Shown here one piece after another: positions 63,600 through 64,000 of a stretch of 64,000 bases of DNA (positions within the stretch are counted from its first letter, which is position 1; every line of letters starts with the position of its first letter). This DNA comes from Octopus sinensis (Eukaryota). Made by a program: the position numbers and the translations under genes. The stretch spans positions 42,904,001-42,968,000 of the forward strand of contig NC_043010.1 in the NCBI RefSeq assembly GCF_006345805.1. Direction: 5' to 3'. The notes beneath the pieces were generated by a model. That model was not told where the DNA came from, ran no database searches, and saw only the letters and a program-made list of their open reading frames with translations.

Positions 63600-64000
63600 A
63601 ACACATATATATACACAAACTGAATGATCAATGGAAGTGGTTGATGGGCATTTATTCATATATCTACATGTATCCGCGTGGGTTGTATGTTTGCTGTTTA
63701 CCCTGGTGAGAAGCTCACGAACAACGACATGTTAGAACCTGTGCAGTGTAGTCGGGGCTGTGTAACTGTTGCTGACGACGTTGATGAGAGACATGATGGT
63801 AGCGACGAAGATGGAGGTCGCTGTAATGTGGTCAGTGTTTTGACCTTAGAAGGTCTGAAACCAACTGACTCCGAGACTTGAAGGAAGTGAATTTTTATAG
63901 CTAACGGTAGGCTCAAGTGCAGTTTAGAACAGACTGTCTCACGTGATTTATCTGGAGGCTGCGATTGGTTGGGTTGCATATTGGCGCACGATAGAGTAAG
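63600..64000 (-). mobile_element. solo-LTR-like element, copy C (runs off the window)
   Basis: Shares the GACCTTAGAAGGTC hairpin, TATAAAA, TCACGTGA and CCAAT motifs in the same order as copies A and B. Confidence 0.6.

Overview
AT-rich, microsatellite-rich animal genomic DNA. The SINE families, (TA)n/(CATA)n load and single-exon C2H2 genes point to an octopus genome (inference). The left ~23 kb holds two convergent C2H2 zinc-finger genes. ZNF-A (+, 1952-3430) has 9 fingers and a Q-rich tail. ZNF-B (-, ~22562-19207) has 20 fingers and is split by a 1-nt frameshift at 21760. The rest is mostly transposon-derived: many tRNA-type SINEs, hAT/piggyBac MITEs, mariner, Tigger/pogo and Chapaev-like relics, RTE, CR1 and HERO-type LINE relics, an old Gypsy pol, and three diverged solo-LTR-like elements. 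A very young 4.5-kb Mag-type Gypsy element (50439-54969) has LTRs differing by 1 substitution, a 5-bp TSD, PBS and PPT; its ORF is broken only by 1-2 nt indels, mostly in homopolymers. Best second-look items: the A/B alternation of recognition helices in ZNF-B, a 263-bp zero-spacer palindrome and a 93-nt CpG-rich hairpin between the ZNF genes, minimal hammerhead ribozyme folds in a short repeat family, a patchwork templated insertion, SINE multimers with a shared junction, and a CpG-decay boundary near 26-30 kb. All alignments and counts were made by eye; no database search was run.
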